Shown: positions 34,059 through 46,413, counted from the first letter of the stretch. The stretch: 64,000 nucleotides of DNA from Escherichia coli (GCF_003334255.1 NZ_QOWU01000005.1), one strand, 5' to 3'. Notes: generated by a model from the letters alone, not told the origin. Numbers and translations: made by a program.

Positions 34059-35495
34059 ATGGCGCAGTCGAAACTCTATCCAGTTGTGATGGCAGGTGGC
34101 TCCGGTAGCCGCTTATGGCCGCTTTCCCGCGTACTTTACCCCAAGCAGTTTTTATGCCTGAAAGGCGATCTCACCATGCTGCAAACCACCATCTGCCGCC
34201 TGAAAGGCGTAGAGTGCGAAAGCCCGGTGGTGATTTGCAATGAGCAGCACCGCTTTATTGTCGCGGAACAGCTGCGCCAACTGAACAAACTCACCGAGAA
34301 CATTATTCTCGAACCGGCAGGGCGTAACACTGCACCAGCCATTGCGCTGGCGGCGCTGGCGGCAACACGTCATAGTCCGGAGAGCGACCCGTTAATGCTG
34401 GTGCTGGCGGCGGATCATGTGATTGCCGATGAAGACGCGTTCCGTGCCGCCGTGCGTAATGCCATACCGTATGCCGAAGCGGGCAAGCTGGTGACCTTTG
34501 GCATTGTGCCGGATCTACCTGAAATCGGTTATGGCTATATTCGTCGCGGTGAAGTGTCTGCGGGTGAGCAGGATACGGTGGCCTTTGAAGTGGCGCAGTT
34601 TGTCGAAAAACCGAATCTGGAAACCGCTCAGGCCTATGTGGCAAGTGGCGAATATTACTGGAACAGCGGCATGTTCCTGTTCCGCGCCGGACGCTATCTC
34701 GAAGAACTGAAAAAATATCGCCCGGATATTCTCGATGCCTGTGAAAAAGCGATGAGCGCCGTCGATCCGGATCTCGATTTTATTCGCGTGGATGAAGAAG
34801 TGTTTCTCGCCTGCCCGGAAGAGTCGGTGGATTACGCGGTCATGGAACGTACGGCAGATGCTGTTGTGGTGCCGATGGATGCGGGCTGGAGCGATGTCGG
34901 CTCCTGGTCCTCATTATGGGAAATTAGCGCCCACACCGCCGAGGGCAACGTTTGCCACGGCGATGTGATTAATCACAAAACCGAAAACAGCTATGTGTAT
35001 GCCGAATCTGGCCTGGTCACCACCGTCGGGGTGAAAGATTTGGTGGTAGTGCAGACCAAAGATGCGGTGCTGATTGCCGACCGTAACGCGGTGCAGGATG
35101 TGAAAAAAGTGGTCGAGCAGATCAAAGCCGATGGTCGCCATGAGCATCGGGTGCATCGCGAAGTGTATCGTCCGTGGGGCAAATATGACTCTATCGACGC
35201 GGGCGACCGCTACCAGGTGAAACGCATCACCGTGAAACCGGGCGAGGGCTTGTCGGTACAGATGCACCATCACCGCGCGGAACACTGGGTAGTGGTAGCG
35301 GGAACGGCAAAAGTCACCATTGACGGTGATATCAAACTGCTTGGTGAAAACGAGTCCATTTATATTCCGCTGGGGGCGACGCACTGCCTGGAAAACCCGG
35401 GGAAAATTCCGCTCGATTTAATTGAAGTGCGCTCCGGCTCTTATCTCGAAGAGGATGATGTGGTGCGCTTCGCGGATCGCTACGGACGGGTGTAA
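34059..35495 (+). CDS. cpsB: Mannose-1-phosphate guanylyltransferase CpsB/ManC (478 aa)
   Basis: 478-aa ORF; nucleotidyltransferase N-terminus ([16 protein letters not shown]) and C-terminal cupin. Confidence 0.95.
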   Translation: MAQSKLYPVVMAGGSGSRLWPLSRVLYPKQFLCLKGDLTMLQTTICRLKGVECESPVVICNEQHRFIVAEQLRQLNKLTENIILEPAGRNTAPAIALAALAATRHSPESDPLMLVLAADHVIADEDAFRAAVRNAIPYAEAGKLVTFGIVPDLPEIGYGYIRRGEVSAGEQDTVAFEVAQFVEKPNLETAQAYVASGEYYWNSGMFLFRAGRYLEELKKYRPDILDACEKAMSAVDPDLDFIRVDEEVFLACPEESVDYAVMERTADAVVVPMDAGWSDVGSWSSLWEISAHTAEGNVCHGDVINHKTENSYVYAESGLVTTVGVKDLVVVQTKDAVLIADRNAVQDVKKVVEQIKADGRHEHRVHREVYRPWGKYDSIDAGDRYQVKRITVKPGEGLSVQMHHHRAEHWVVVAGTAKVTIDGDIKLLGENESIYIPLGATHCLENPGKIPLDLIEVRSGSYLEEDDVVRFADRYGRV

Positions 35496-35686
<191 letters not shown>

Positions 35687-35775
35687 ATGAATGCGAAACC
35701 GCGGTGTAAATAATGACAAAAACAAAATTGGCCGTTTCGGTCAGGGCCAACTATTGCCTGAAAAAGGGTAACGAC

Positions 35776-37146
35776 ATGAAAAAATTAACCTGCTTTAAAG
35801 CCTATGATATTCGCGGGAAATTAGGCGAAGAACTGAATGAAGATATTGCCTGGCGCATTGGTCGCGCCTATGGCGAATTTCTCAAACCGAAAACCATTGT
35901 GTTAGGCGGTGATGTCCGTCTCACCAGCGAAACCTTAAAACTGGCGCTGGCAAAAGGTTTACAGGATGCGGGCGTTGACGTGCTGGATATCGGTATGTCC
36001 GGCACCGAAGAGATCTATTTCGCCACGTTCCATCTCGGCGTGGATGGCGGCATCGAAGTTACCGCCAGCCATAACCCGATGGATTATAACGGCATGAAAC
36101 TGGTGCGCGAAGGGGCTCGCCCGATCAGCGGTGATACCGGACTGCGCGATGTCCAGCGCCTGGCTGAAGCCAACGACTTTCCTCCCGTCGATGAAACCAA
36201 ACGCGGTCGCTATCAGCAAATCAACCTGCGTGACGCTTACGTTGATCACCTGTTCGGTTATATCAATGTCAAAAACCTCACGCCGCTCAAGCTGGTGATT
36301 AACTCCGGGAATGGCGCAGCGGGTCCGGTGGTGGACGCCATCGAAGCCCGCTTTAAAGCCCTCGGCGCACCCGTGGAATTAATCAAAGTGCACAACACAC
36401 CGGACGGCAATTTCCCCAACGGTATTCCTAACCCGCTGCTGCCGGAATGCCGCGACGACACCCGCAATGCGGTCATCAAACACGGCGCGGATATGGGCAT
36501 TGCCTTTGACGGTGATTTTGATCGCTGTTTCCTGTTTGACGAAAAAGGGCAGTTTATCGAGGGCTACTACATTGTCGGCCTGTTGGCAGAAGCATTCCTC
36601 GAAAAAAATCCCGGCGCGAAGATCATCCACGATCCTCGTCTCTCCTGGAATACCGTTGATGTGGTGACTGCCGCAGGTGGCACCCCGGTAATGTCGAAAA
36701 CCGGACACGCCTTTATTAAAGAACGTATGCGCAAGGAAGACGCCATCTACGGTGGCGAAATGAGCGCCCACCATTACTTCCGTGATTTCGCTTACTGCGA
36801 CAGCGGCATGATCCCATGGCTGCTGGTCGCCGAACTGGTGTGCCTGAAAGGAAAAACGCTGGGCGAACTGGTGCGCGACCGGATGGCGGCGTTTCCGGCA
36901 AGCGGTGAGATCAACAGCAAACTGGCGCAACCCGTTGAGGCGATTAACCGCGTGGAACAGCACTTTAGCCGTGAGGCGCTGGCGGTGGATCGCACCGATG
37001 GCATCAGCATGACCTTTGCCGACTGGCGCTTTAATCTGCGCTCCTCCAACACCGAACCGGTGGTGCGGTTGAATGTGGAATCACGCGGTGATGTGCCGCT
37101 GATGGAAGCGCGAACGCGAACTCTGCTGACGTTGCTGAACGAGTAA
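35776..37146 (+). CDS. cpsG: Phosphomannomutase CpsG/ManB (456 aa)
   Basis: Trimmed from the 477-aa ORF to [15 protein letters not shown]; active-site TASHNP motif. Confidence 0.93.
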   Translation: MKKLTCFKAYDIRGKLGEELNEDIAWRIGRAYGEFLKPKTIVLGGDVRLTSETLKLALAKGLQDAGVDVLDIGMSGTEEIYFATFHLGVDGGIEVTASHNPMDYNGMKLVREGARPISGDTGLRDVQRLAEANDFPPVDETKRGRYQQINLRDAYVDHLFGYINVKNLTPLKLVINSGNGAAGPVVDAIEARFKALGAPVELIKVHNTPDGNFPNGIPNPLLPECRDDTRNAVIKHGADMGIAFDGDFDRCFLFDEKGQFIEGYYIVGLLAEAFLEKNPGAKIIHDPRLSWNTVDVVTAAGGTPVMSKTGHAFIKERMRKEDAIYGGEMSAHHYFRDFAYCDSGMIPWLLVAELVCLKGKTLGELVRDRMAAFPASGEINSKLAQPVEAINRVEQHFSREALAVDRTDGISMTFADWRFNLRSSNTEPVVRLNVESRGDVPLMEARTRTLLTLLNE

Positions 37147-37200
37147 TGTCGGATCTTCCCTTACCCCACTGCGGGTAAGGGGCTAATAACAGGAACAACG

Positions 37201-38595
37201 ATGACAAATCTAAAAAAGCGCGAGCGAGCGAAAACCAATGCATCGTTAATCTCTATGGTGCAACGCTTTTCAGATATCACCATCATGTTTGCCGGACTAT
37301 GGCTGGTTTGCGAAGTGAGCGGACTGTCATTCCTCTACATGCACCTGTTGGTGGCGTTGATTACGCTGGTGGTGTTCCAGATGCTGGGCGGCATCACCGA
37401 TTTTTATCGCTCATGGCGCGGTGTTCGGGCAGCGACAGAATTTGCCCTGTTGCTACAAAACTGGACGTTAAGCGTGATTTTCAGCGCCGGACTGGTGGCG
37501 TTCAATAATGATTTCGACACGCAACTGAAAATCTGGCTGGCGTGGTATGCGCTGACCAGTATCGGACTGGTGGTTTGCCGTTCGTGTATTCGCATTGGAG
37601 CGGGCTGGTTGCGTAATCATGGCTATAACAAGCGCATGGTCGCGGTGGCGGGGGATTTAGCCGCCGGACAAATGCTGATGGAGAGTTTCCGTAATCAGCC
37701 GTGGTTAGGGTTTGAAGTGGTGGGCGTTTACCACGACCCGAAACCGGGCGGCGTTTCTAACGACTGGGCGGGTAACCTGCAACAGCTGGTCGAGGATGCA
37801 AAAGCGGGCAAGATTCATAACGTCTATATCGCGATGCAAATGTGCGACGGCGCACGAGTGAAAAAACTGGTCCATCAACTGGCGGATACCACCTGTTCGG
37901 TGCTGCTGATCCCTGATGTCTTTACTTTCAACATTCTCCATTCCCGTATCGAAGAGATGAACGGCGTACCGGTGGTACCGCTATACGACACGCCGCTTTC
38001 CGGGGTAAACCGCCTGCTCAAACGTGCGGAAGATATTGTGCTGGCGACGCTTATTCTGCTGCTGATCTCCCCGGTGCTGTGCTGTATTGCGCTGGCGGTG
38101 AAACTCAGTTCGCCAGGGCCGGTTATTTTCCGCCAGACTCGCTATGGCATGGATGGCAAGCCGATCAAAGTGTGGAAGTTCCGTTCCATGAAAGTGATGG
38201 AGAACGACAAAGTGGTGACCCAGGCGACGCAGAACGATCCGCGCGTCACCAAAGTGGGGAACTTTCTGCGCCGCACCTCGCTGGACGAATTGCCGCAGTT
38301 TATCAATGTGCTGACTGGCGGGATGTCGATTGTCGGTCCGCGTCCGCATGCGGTGGCGCATAACGAACAGTATCGACAGCTCATTGAAGGCTACATGCTG
38401 CGCCATAAGGTGAAACCGGGCATTACCGGCTGGGCGCAGATTAACGGCTGGCGCGGCGAAACGGACACACTGGAGAAAATGGAAAAACGCGTCGAGTTCG
38501 ACCTTGAGTACATCCGCGAATGGAGCGTCTGGTTCGATATCAAAATCGTTTTCCTGACGGTATTCAAAGGCTTCGTTAACAAAGCGGCATATTGA
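37201..38595 (+). CDS. wcaJ: Undecaprenyl-phosphate glucose-1-phosphate transferase WcaJ (464 aa)
   Basis: 464-aa ORF; polytopic N-terminus and C-terminal sugar-transferase domain. Confidence 0.93.
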   Translation: MTNLKKRERAKTNASLISMVQRFSDITIMFAGLWLVCEVSGLSFLYMHLLVALITLVVFQMLGGITDFYRSWRGVRAATEFALLLQNWTLSVIFSAGLVAFNNDFDTQLKIWLAWYALTSIGLVVCRSCIRIGAGWLRNHGYNKRMVAVAGDLAAGQMLMESFRNQPWLGFEVVGVYHDPKPGGVSNDWAGNLQQLVEDAKAGKIHNVYIAMQMCDGARVKKLVHQLADTTCSVLLIPDVFTFNILHSRIEEMNGVPVVPLYDTPLSGVNRLLKRAEDIVLATLILLLISPVLCCIALAVKLSSPGPVIFRQTRYGMDGKPIKVWKFRSMKVMENDKVVTQATQNDPRVTKVGNFLRRTSLDELPQFINVLTGGMSIVGPRPHAVAHNEQYRQLIEGYMLRHKVKPGITGWAQINGWRGETDTLEKMEKRVEFDLEYIREWSVWFDIKIVFLTVFKGFVNKAAY

Positions 38596-38596
38596 T

Positions 38597-40075
38597 ATGA
38601 GCTTACGTGAAAAAACCATCAGCGGCGCGAAGTGGTCGGCGATTGCTACGGTGATCATCATCGGCCTCGGGCTGGTGCAGATGACCGTGCTGGCGCGGAT
38701 TATCGACAACCACCAGTTCGGTTTGCTTACCGTGTCGCTGGTGATCATCGCGCTGGCAGATACGCTTTCTGACTTCGGTATCGCTAACTCGATTATTCAG
38801 CGAAAAGAAATCAGTCACCTTGAACTCACCACGTTGTACTGGCTGAACGTCGGGCTGGGGATCGTGGTGTGCGTGGCGGTGTTTTTGTTGAGTGATCTCA
38901 TCGGCGACGTGCTGAATAACCCGGACCTGGCACCGTTGATTAAAACATTGTCGCTGGCGTTTGTGGTAATCCCCCACGGGCAACAGTTCCGCGCGTTGAT
39001 GCAGAAGGAGCTGGAGTTCAACAAAATCGGCATGATCGAAACCAGCGCGGTACTGGCGGGCTTCACTTTTACGGTGGTTAGCGCCCATTTCTGGCCGCTG
39101 GCGATGACCGCGATCCTCGGTTATCTGGTCAATAGTGCGGTGAGAACGCTGCTGTTTGGCTACTTTGGACGCAAAATTTATCGCCCCGGTCTGCATTTCT
39201 CGCTGGCGTCGGTGGCACCGAACTTACGCTTTGGTGCCTGGCTGACGGCGGACAGCATCATCAACTATCTCAACACCAACCTTTCAACGCTGGTGCTGGC
39301 GCGTATTCTCGGCGCGGGCGTGGCAGGGGGATACAACCTGGCGTACAACGTGGCCGTTGTGCCACCGATGAAGCTGAACCCGATCATCACCCGTGTGTTG
39401 TTTCCGGCGTTTGCCAAAATTCAGGACGACACCGAAAAGCTGCGCGTTAACTTCTACAAGCTGCTGTCGGTGGTGGGGATTATCAATTTTCCGGCGCTGC
39501 TGGGGCTGATGGTGGTGTCGAATAACTTTGTACCGCTGGTCTTTGGCGAAAAGTGGAACAGCATAATTCCGGTGCTGCAATTGCTGTGTATTGTGGGGCT
39601 ACTGCGCTCAGTGGGTAACCCGATTGGCTCGCTGCTGATGGCGAAAGCGCGGGTCGATATCAGCTTTAAATTCAACGTATTCAAAACCTTTCTGTTTATT
39701 CCGGCGATTGTTATTGGTGGGCAGATGGCGGGTGCAATCGGCGTCACGCTTGGTTTCCTGCTGGTGCAGATTATCAACACCATTCTGAGTTATTTCGTGA
39801 TGATTAAACCGGTGCTCGGTTCCAGTTATCGCCAGTACATCCTGAGTTTATGGCTGCCGTTTTATCTCTCGCTGCCGACGCTGGTGGTTAGTTATGCGCT
39901 GGGCATTGTGCTGAAAGGGCAACTGGTGCTGGGGATGCTGCTGGCGGTGCAAATAGCCACAGGCGTGCTGGCGTTTGTGGTGATGATTGTGTTGTCGCGC
40001 CATCCGCTGGTGGTGGAAGTGAAGCGTCAGTTTTGTCGCAGCGAAAAAATGAAAATGCTTTTGCGGGCCGGGTGA
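38597..40075 (+). CDS. wzxC: Colanic acid repeat-unit flippase WzxC (492 aa)
   Basis: 492-aa highly hydrophobic multi-TM ORF directly after wcaJ. Confidence 0.93.
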   Translation: MSLREKTISGAKWSAIATVIIIGLGLVQMTVLARIIDNHQFGLLTVSLVIIALADTLSDFGIANSIIQRKEISHLELTTLYWLNVGLGIVVCVAVFLLSDLIGDVLNNPDLAPLIKTLSLAFVVIPHGQQFRALMQKELEFNKIGMIETSAVLAGFTFTVVSAHFWPLAMTAILGYLVNSAVRTLLFGYFGRKIYRPGLHFSLASVAPNLRFGAWLTADSIINYLNTNLSTLVLARILGAGVAGGYNLAYNVAVVPPMKLNPIITRVLFPAFAKIQDDTEKLRVNFYKLLSVVGIINFPALLGLMVVSNNFVPLVFGEKWNSIIPVLQLLCIVGLLRSVGNPIGSLLMAKARVDISFKFNVFKTFLFIPAIVIGGQMAGAIGVTLGFLLVQIINTILSYFVMIKPVLGSSYRQYILSLWLPFYLSLPTLVVSYALGIVLKGQLVLGMLLAVQIATGVLAFVVMIVLSRHPLVVEVKRQFCRSEKMKMLLRAG

Positions 40076-40103
40076 ATGGTTGTTTTCGGTTCCGGCAATA
40101 GTT

Positions 40104-40370
40104 GCCGGATGCGGCGTGAACGCCTTATCCGGCCTACGGCTCTGTGCTCGGGTCTTGTAGGTCTGATAAGACGCGTCAGCGTCGCATCAGGCACTGAATG
40201 CCGGATGCTGAATAAACGCCTTATCCGGCCTACGGTTCTGTGCTCGGGACTTGTAGGCCTGATAAGACGCGCCAGCGTCGCATCAGGCACTGAATGCCGG
40301 ATGCGGCGTGAACGCCTTATCAGTCCTACGGTTCTGTGCTCGGACCTTGTAGGCCTGATAAGACGCGCCA
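40104..40370. repeat. BIME: three tandem REP-containing units between wzxC and wcaK
   Basis: Three near-identical units gccggatgcggcgtgaacgccttatccggcctacggttctgtgctcgg..cttgtaggcctgataagacgcg.cagcgtcgcatcaggcactgaat. Confidence 0.8.
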
Positions 40371-40434
40371 GGCAAAAAGCGGCAACGAACACAACAAACA
40401 CAGCCTCACCTGACATCAAATTTATGAGGAAAAA

Positions 40435-41715
40435 ATGAAATTACTGATTCTGGGCAACCACACTTGCGGCAATCGCGGCGACAGCGCCATCTTGCGCGGC
40501 TTACTTGATGCCATCAACATCCTCAATCCACACGCCGAAGTGGACGTAATGAGCCGCTATCCGGTCAGTTCTTCCTGGCTGCTCAACCGTCCGGTAATGG
40601 GCGATCCGCTGTTCCTGCAAATGAAACAACACAACAGCGCGGCGGGCGTTGTCGGGCGCGTTAAAAAAGTCCTCCGTCGCCGCTATCAGCACCAGGTATT
40701 GCTCTCGCGCGTCACCGACACTGGCAAGCTGCGTAATATCGCCATCGCCCAGGGATTCACCGACTTCGTGCGCTTGCTGTCAGGCTACGACGCCATTATT
40801 CAGGTCGGCGGATCGTTTTTTGTCGATCTCTATGGCGTGCCACAGTTTGAACATGCGCTTTGCACATTTATGGCGAAAAAGCCGCTGTTTATGATTGGTC
40901 ACAGCGTCGGTCCATTCCAGAATGAGCAATTTAACCAACTGGCGAACTACGTTTTTGGTCACTGCGACGCGCTGATCCTGCGCGAATCGGTCAGCCTTGA
41001 TTTGATGAAACGCAGCAATATCACTACCGCAAAAGTCGAACATGGCGTCGATACCGCGTGGCTGGTCGATCACCACACCGAAGATTTCACCGCCAGCTAT
41101 GCCGTTCAACACTGGCTGGACGTTGCCGCACAACAGAAAACGGTGGCCATTACCCTGCGCGAACTGGCACCGTTCGACAAACGTCTCGGCACCACTCAAC
41201 AAGCGTATGAAAAAGCCTTTGCCGGGGTGGTCAATCGCATTCTCGACGAAGGCTATCAGGTTATTGCGCTCTCCACCTGTACGGGTATCGACAGCTATAA
41301 CAAAGACGACCGCATGGTGGCGCTCAACCTGCGCCAGCACATCAGTGATCCTGCCCGTTATCACGTAGTGATGGATGAACTTAACGATCTGGAAATGGGC
41401 AAAATTCTCGGTGCCTGTGAACTCACCGTCGGTACGCGCCTGCACTCTGCCATTATCTCGATGAATTTTGCCACTCCGGCAATTGCCATCAACTACGAAC
41501 ATAAATCCGCCGGGATTATGCAACAGTTGGGACTGCCAGAGATGGCAATTGATATCCGTCATTTATTAGACGGCAGCCTGCAAGCGATGGTTGCGGATAC
41601 CTTAGGCCAGCTTCCGGCGCTGAATGCGCGACTTAGTGAAGCCGTCAGTCGTGAGCGTCAGACAGGAATGCAGATGGTGCAGTCTGTGCTTGAGCGCATC
41701 GGGGAGGTGAAATGA
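40435..41715 (+). CDS. wcaK: Colanic acid pyruvyl transferase WcaK (426 aa)
   Basis: 426-aa ORF; operon position. Confidence 0.9.
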   Translation: MKLLILGNHTCGNRGDSAILRGLLDAINILNPHAEVDVMSRYPVSSSWLLNRPVMGDPLFLQMKQHNSAAGVVGRVKKVLRRRYQHQVLLSRVTDTGKLRNIAIAQGFTDFVRLLSGYDAIIQVGGSFFVDLYGVPQFEHALCTFMAKKPLFMIGHSVGPFQNEQFNQLANYVFGHCDALILRESVSLDLMKRSNITTAKVEHGVDTAWLVDHHTEDFTASYAVQHWLDVAAQQKTVAITLRELAPFDKRLGTTQQAYEKAFAGVVNRILDEGYQVIALSTCTGIDSYNKDDRMVALNLRQHISDPARYHVVMDELNDLEMGKILGACELTVGTRLHSAIISMNFATPAIAINYEHKSAGIMQQLGLPEMAIDIRHLLDGSLQAMVADTLGQLPALNARLSEAVSRERQTGMQMVQSVLERIGEVK

Positions 41716-42932
41716 AGGTCGGCTTCTTTTTACTGAAATTCCCGCTGTCGTCGGAAACCTTCGTTCTCAACCAAATTACCGCGTTTATTGATATGGGCTT
41801 TGAGGTGAAGATTGTCGCGCTGCAAAAAGGCGACACCCAGAATACCCACGCGGCATGGACGAAATACAACCTTGCCGCCAGAACCCGCTGGTTACAGGAC
41901 GAACCTACGGGCAAAATAGCGAAACTGCGCCACCGCGCCAGCCAGACCTTACGCGGCATTCATCGTAAAAATACCTGGCAGGCGCTCAACCTCAAACGCT
42001 ATGGTGCCGAGTCGCGGAACCTGATTTTGTCTGCCATTTGTGGTCAGGTCGCAACACCGTTACATGCCGATGTCTTTATCGCTCATTTTGGTCCAGCGGG
42101 GGTAACCGCAGCAAAACTACGCGAACTGGGTGTCATTCGCGGCAAAATTGCCACTATCTTTCACGGTATTGATATCTCCAGTCGGGAAGTTCTCAACCAC
42201 TACACTCCCGAATATCAACAACTGTTTCGCCGTGGCGACCTGATGTTACCGATAAGCGATCTGTGGGCCGGAAGGCTGCAAAAAATGGGCTGCCCCAGAG
42301 AAAAAATCGCCGTATCGCGCATGGGCGTAGATATGACGCGCTTTAGCCCGCGTCCCGTGAAAGCGCCCGCAACACCGCTGGAGATTATTTCCGTCGCACG
42401 CTTAACCGAGAAAAAAGGCCTGCATGTGGCGATCGAAGCCTGCCGGCAGTTGAAAGAGCAGGGCGTGGCATTTCGCTATCGCATCCTCGGCATTGGCCCG
42501 TGGGAACGACGCCTGCGCACGCTCATCGAACAATATCAACTGGAAGATGTGGTGGAGATGCCGGGCTTTAAACCGAGCCATGAAGTGAAAGCGATGCTCG
42601 ACGACGCGGATGTCTTCCTGTTGCCATCGGTAACGGGCGCGGATGGCGATATGGAAGGCATTCCGGTAGCGCTGATGGAAGCGATGGCGGTCGGCATTCC
42701 GGTGGTTTCTACTCTGCATAGCGGAATACCGGAACTGGTGGAGGCCGATAAATCCGGCTGGCTGGTGCCTGAGAACGATGCTCGCGCACTGGCGCAACGA
42801 CTGGCGGCGTTTAGCCAACTGGACACCGACGAACTGGCTCCTGTCGTCAAACGTGCGCGCGAAAAAGTCGAACACGATTTTAACCAGCAGGTGATTAATC
42901 GAGAACTCGCCAGATTGCTGCAGGCTTTATAG
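41712..42932 (+). CDS. wcaL: Colanic acid glycosyltransferase WcaL (GT4, 406 aa)
   Basis: 406-aa ORF overlapping the wcaK stop. Confidence 0.9.
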   Translation: MKVGFFLLKFPLSSETFVLNQITAFIDMGFEVKIVALQKGDTQNTHAAWTKYNLAARTRWLQDEPTGKIAKLRHRASQTLRGIHRKNTWQALNLKRYGAESRNLILSAICGQVATPLHADVFIAHFGPAGVTAAKLRELGVIRGKIATIFHGIDISSREVLNHYTPEYQQLFRRGDLMLPISDLWAGRLQKMGCPREKIAVSRMGVDMTRFSPRPVKAPATPLEIISVARLTEKKGLHVAIEACRQLKEQGVAFRYRILGIGPWERRLRTLIEQYQLEDVVEMPGFKPSHEVKAMLDDADVFLLPSVTGADGDMEGIPVALMEAMAVGIPVVSTLHSGIPELVEADKSGWLVPENDARALAQRLAAFSQLDTDELAPVVKRAREKVEHDFNQQVINRELARLLQAL

Positions 42933-42942
42933 AGGAGAACGT

Positions 42943-44337
42943 ATGCCATTTAAAAAACTCTCCCGACGCACCTTCCTGACGGCAAGCTCCGCGCTTGCCT
43001 TCCTCCATACCCCTTTCGCTCGCGCACTTCCCGCCCGACAAAGCGTTAACATTAACGACTACAACCCTCACGACTGGATCGCCTCATTTAAACAAGCCTT
43101 CAGCGAAGGGCAAACGGTCTTCGTGCCTGACGGATTGGTTTGTGACAATATCAACACCGGCATCTTTATCCCTCCCGGTAAAACGTTACACATTCTTGGA
43201 AACTTGCGCGGCAACGGCAGAGGGCGATTTGTCTTACAGGACGGCAGCCAGGTGACAGGGGAGGAGGGCGGCAGTATGCATAACATCACCCTGGATGTGC
43301 GCGGCTCTGACTGCACCATCAAAGGTCTGGCGATGAGCGGCTTTAGCCCGGTAACGCAGATTTATATCGGCGGCAAAAACAAACGGGTCATGCGCAACCT
43401 GACCATCGATAACCTCACTGTCAGCCACGCTAATTACGCCATCTTACGCCAGGGATTTCATAATCAGATTATCGGTGCCAACATCACCAACTGTAAGTTC
43501 AGCGACTTACAGGGCGACGCCATCGAATGGAACGTGGCGATTAACGACAGTGATATTTTGATATCTGACCATGTCATCGAGCGCATCAACTGTACCAACG
43601 GCAAAATCAACTGGGGAATCGGCATAGGCCTTGCAGGAAGCACTTACGATAATAATTACCCGGAAGACCAGGCAGTGAAAAACTTTGTCGTGGCGAATAT
43701 CACGGGATCGGATTGTCGGCAGTTGATCCATGTTGAAAATGGCAAACATTTTGTTATCCGTAATATCAAAGCCCGCAATATCACGCCGGATTTCAGTAAG
43801 AAAGCAGGCATTGATAACGCGACAGTTGCTATTTACGGTTGTGACAATTTCGTGATTGATAATATTGAAATGATTAATAGCGCCGGGATGTTAATCGGCT
43901 ATGGGGTAATTAAAGGCAAATATCTCTCGATACCGCAAAATTTCCGAGTGAATAATATTCAACTGGATAATACCCACCTTGCTTACAAATTGCGCGGTAT
44001 CCAAATCTCCGCCGGGAATGCTGTCTCCTTTGTGGCGCTGACTAACATTGAGATGAAGCGTGCGTCGCTGGAGTTACACAACAAGCCGCAACACCTTTTT
44101 ATGCGTAATATCAAGGTAATGCAGGAATCCTCTGTTGGACCAGCATTGAGCATGAACTTTGACATGCGCAAAGACGTTCGCGGCGTCTTTATGGCGAAAA
44201 AAGAAACACTGCTGTCTCTTGCAAATGTTCATGCGGTGAATGAAAAAGGGCAAAGCTCCGTCGATATCGACAGGATAAATCACCATATTGTTAATGTGGA
44301 AAAGATTAACTTTAGATTGCCGGAACGGAGGGAGTAG
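42943..44337 (+). CDS. wcaM: Colanic acid biosynthesis protein WcaM (464 aa, Tat-type signal, beta-helix)
   Basis: 464-aa ORF with twin-arginine-like N-terminus [14 protein letters not shown]. Confidence 0.9.
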   Translation: MPFKKLSRRTFLTASSALAFLHTPFARALPARQSVNINDYNPHDWIASFKQAFSEGQTVFVPDGLVCDNINTGIFIPPGKTLHILGNLRGNGRGRFVLQDGSQVTGEEGGSMHNITLDVRGSDCTIKGLAMSGFSPVTQIYIGGKNKRVMRNLTIDNLTVSHANYAILRQGFHNQIIGANITNCKFSDLQGDAIEWNVAINDSDILISDHVIERINCTNGKINWGIGIGLAGSTYDNNYPEDQAVKNFVVANITGSDCRQLIHVENGKHFVIRNIKARNITPDFSKKAGIDNATVAIYGCDNFVIDNIEMINSAGMLIGYGVIKGKYLSIPQNFRVNNIQLDNTHLAYKLRGIQISAGNAVSFVALTNIEMKRASLELHNKPQHLFMRNIKVMQESSVGPALSMNFDMRKDVRGVFMAKKETLLSLANVHAVNEKGQSSVDIDRINHHIVNVEKINFRLPERRE

Positions 44338-44511
44338 ATTTGCGACCATTCCTGGAAAAATGGAGCCATACTTAGGAACAATGCTACTGCAATCCACAAC
44401 GAAGCGGCGTAACATCACAAGTAATTCAGTAATCAATTCAGGGTAATTAATGCTGGCGAAAAAAATCGAACAAGCTATAATTCAGCAACCATTTTACAGG
44501 TGGATGAAATA

Positions 44512-45405
44512 ATGACGAATTTAAAAGCAGTTATTCCTGTGGCGGGTCTTGGGATGCATATGTTGCCTGCCACTAAGGCGATTCCCAAAGAGATGCTACC
44601 GATCGTCGACAAGCCAATGATTCAGTACATTGTTGACGAGATTGTGGCTGCAGGGATCAAAGAAATCCTCCTGGTAACTCACGCGTCCAAGAACGCGGTC
44701 GAAAACCACTTCGACACCTCTTATGAATTAGAATCTCTCCTTGAACAGCGCGTGAAGCGTCAACTACTGGCGGAAGTGCAGTCCATCTGTCCGCCGGGCG
44801 TGACCATTATGAACGTGCGTCAGGGCGAACCTTTAGGTTTGGGCCACTCCATTTTGTGTGCACGACCTGCCATTGGTGACAACCCATTTGTCGTGGTGCT
44901 GCCAGACGTTGTGATCGATGACGCCAGCGCCGACCCGCTGCGCTACAATCTTGCTGCCATGATTGCGCGCTTCAACGAAACGGGCCGCAGCCAGGTGCTG
45001 GCAAAACGTATGCCGGGTGACCTCTCTGAATACTCCGTCATTCAGACCAAAGAACCGCTGGATCGTGAAGGTAAAGTCAGCCGCATTGTTGAATTTATCG
45101 AAAAACCGGATCAGCCGCAGACGCTGGACTCAGATATTATGGCCGTTGGTCGCTATGTGCTTTCTGCCGATATTTGGCCGGAACTTGAACGTACTCAGCC
45201 TGGTGCATGGGGGCGTATTCAGCTGACTGATGCCATTGCCGAACTGGCGAAAAAACAGTCCGTTGATGCAATGCTGATGACTGGTGACAGCTACGACTGC
45301 GGTAAAAAAATGGGCTATATGCAGGCGTTTGTGAAGTATGGACTGCGCAACCTGAAAGAAGGGGCGAAGTTCCGTAAAGGTATTGAAAAGCTGTTAAGCG
45401 AATAA
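44512..45405 (+). CDS. galF: UTP-glucose-1-phosphate uridylyltransferase paralogue GalF (297 aa)
   Basis: Trimmed from the 301-aa ORF to [30 protein letters not shown]. Confidence 0.93.
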   Translation: MTNLKAVIPVAGLGMHMLPATKAIPKEMLPIVDKPMIQYIVDEIVAAGIKEILLVTHASKNAVENHFDTSYELESLLEQRVKRQLLAEVQSICPPGVTIMNVRQGEPLGLGHSILCARPAIGDNPFVVVLPDVVIDDASADPLRYNLAAMIARFNETGRSQVLAKRMPGDLSEYSVIQTKEPLDREGKVSRIVEFIEKPDQPQTLDSDIMAVGRYVLSADIWPELERTQPGAWGRIQLTDAIAELAKKQSVDAMLMTGDSYDCGKKMGYMQAFVKYGLRNLKEGAKFRKGIEKLLSE

Positions 45406-45663
45406 TGAAAATCTGACCGAATGTAACGGTTGATAAGAAAATTATAACGGCGGTGAAGATTCGTGGCGAAAGTAATTTGTTGCGAATATTCCTGCCGTTA
45501 TTTTATATAAACAATCAGAATAACAACGAGTTAGCAATAGGATTTTAGTCAAAGTTTTCCAGGATTTTCCTTGTTTCCGTAGCTGATTGGTAAGACAATT
45601 AGTGTTTGAATTTTTCAGGTTTAGCGCGAGTGGGTAACGCTCGTCACATCGTAGGCATGCATG

Positions 45664-45702
45664 CAGTGCTCTGGTAGCTGTAAAGCCAGGGGCGGTAGCG
45701 TG
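45664..45702 (+). promoter_or_regulatory. JUMPstart element with ops site GGCGGTAGCGTG (45691-45702) upstream of the O-antigen operon
   Basis: cagtgctctggtagctgtaaagccaggggcggtagcgtg; near-identical to the copy upstream of wza. Confidence 0.85.
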
Positions 45703-45871
45703 TCTAGGGCAGGGAAAGATCACGTGGTGCTGCTTTTTTGTACTAAACAATTTGCATTTTATGTTCAATAATTGAGACATTCCTTATTACCTAAAACTGT
45801 TTTTCATTGCTTATACATGAGCAAATACTCCTTACATAATTAAGGAGAACAAAATTGAACTTAAAAAATTG

Positions 45872-46339
45872 ATGGAACATATTTCTATTATCCTCGATTA
45901 TAGACAAGCTAGGAAAGTGAAACATAAATTGTTTGATATTCTACTGTTGACTATTTGCGCACTTATTTCTGGTGCAGAAGGCTGAAAAGATATAGATGGT
46001 TTTTGGGAAACGCATCTTGATTTTTTTAACAATATCGTGATTTTGAAAATGGTATTCCTATTCACTATACCATTGCCAGAGTTGTATCCTGTATCAGTTC
46101 TACAAAATTTCATGAGTGTTTTATTAACTGGATGCGTGATTGTCATTCTTAAGATGATAAAGACGTCATTGCAATTGATGGAAAAACGCTCCGGCATTCT
46201 TATGACAAGAGTCGTCGCAGGAGAGCGATTCATGTCATTGGTGCATTCTCAACTATGCACAGTCTGGTCATCGGACAGATCAAGACGGATGAACAGAAAC
46301 TACCTAGCGTCAGTCCTTGCGGGGAGCGGGCTTTCGTAA
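45872..46339 (+). mobile_element. Truncated and disrupted H-repeat (ISAs1-family) transposase remnant
   Basis: Translation [37 protein letters not shown](stop)KDIDGFWETHLDFF... resembles the H-repeat protein N-terminus with an in-frame stop and frame disruptions; a C-terminal-like fragment [16 protein letters not shown] ends at 46339. Confidence 0.7.
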
Positions 46340-46413
46340 TCTTGCCTGTAGCGTTATTTGTTTTCGAGAATAAATATATAATACTCCATGTGGATATTTA
46401 GTTAAAAGAGGAT

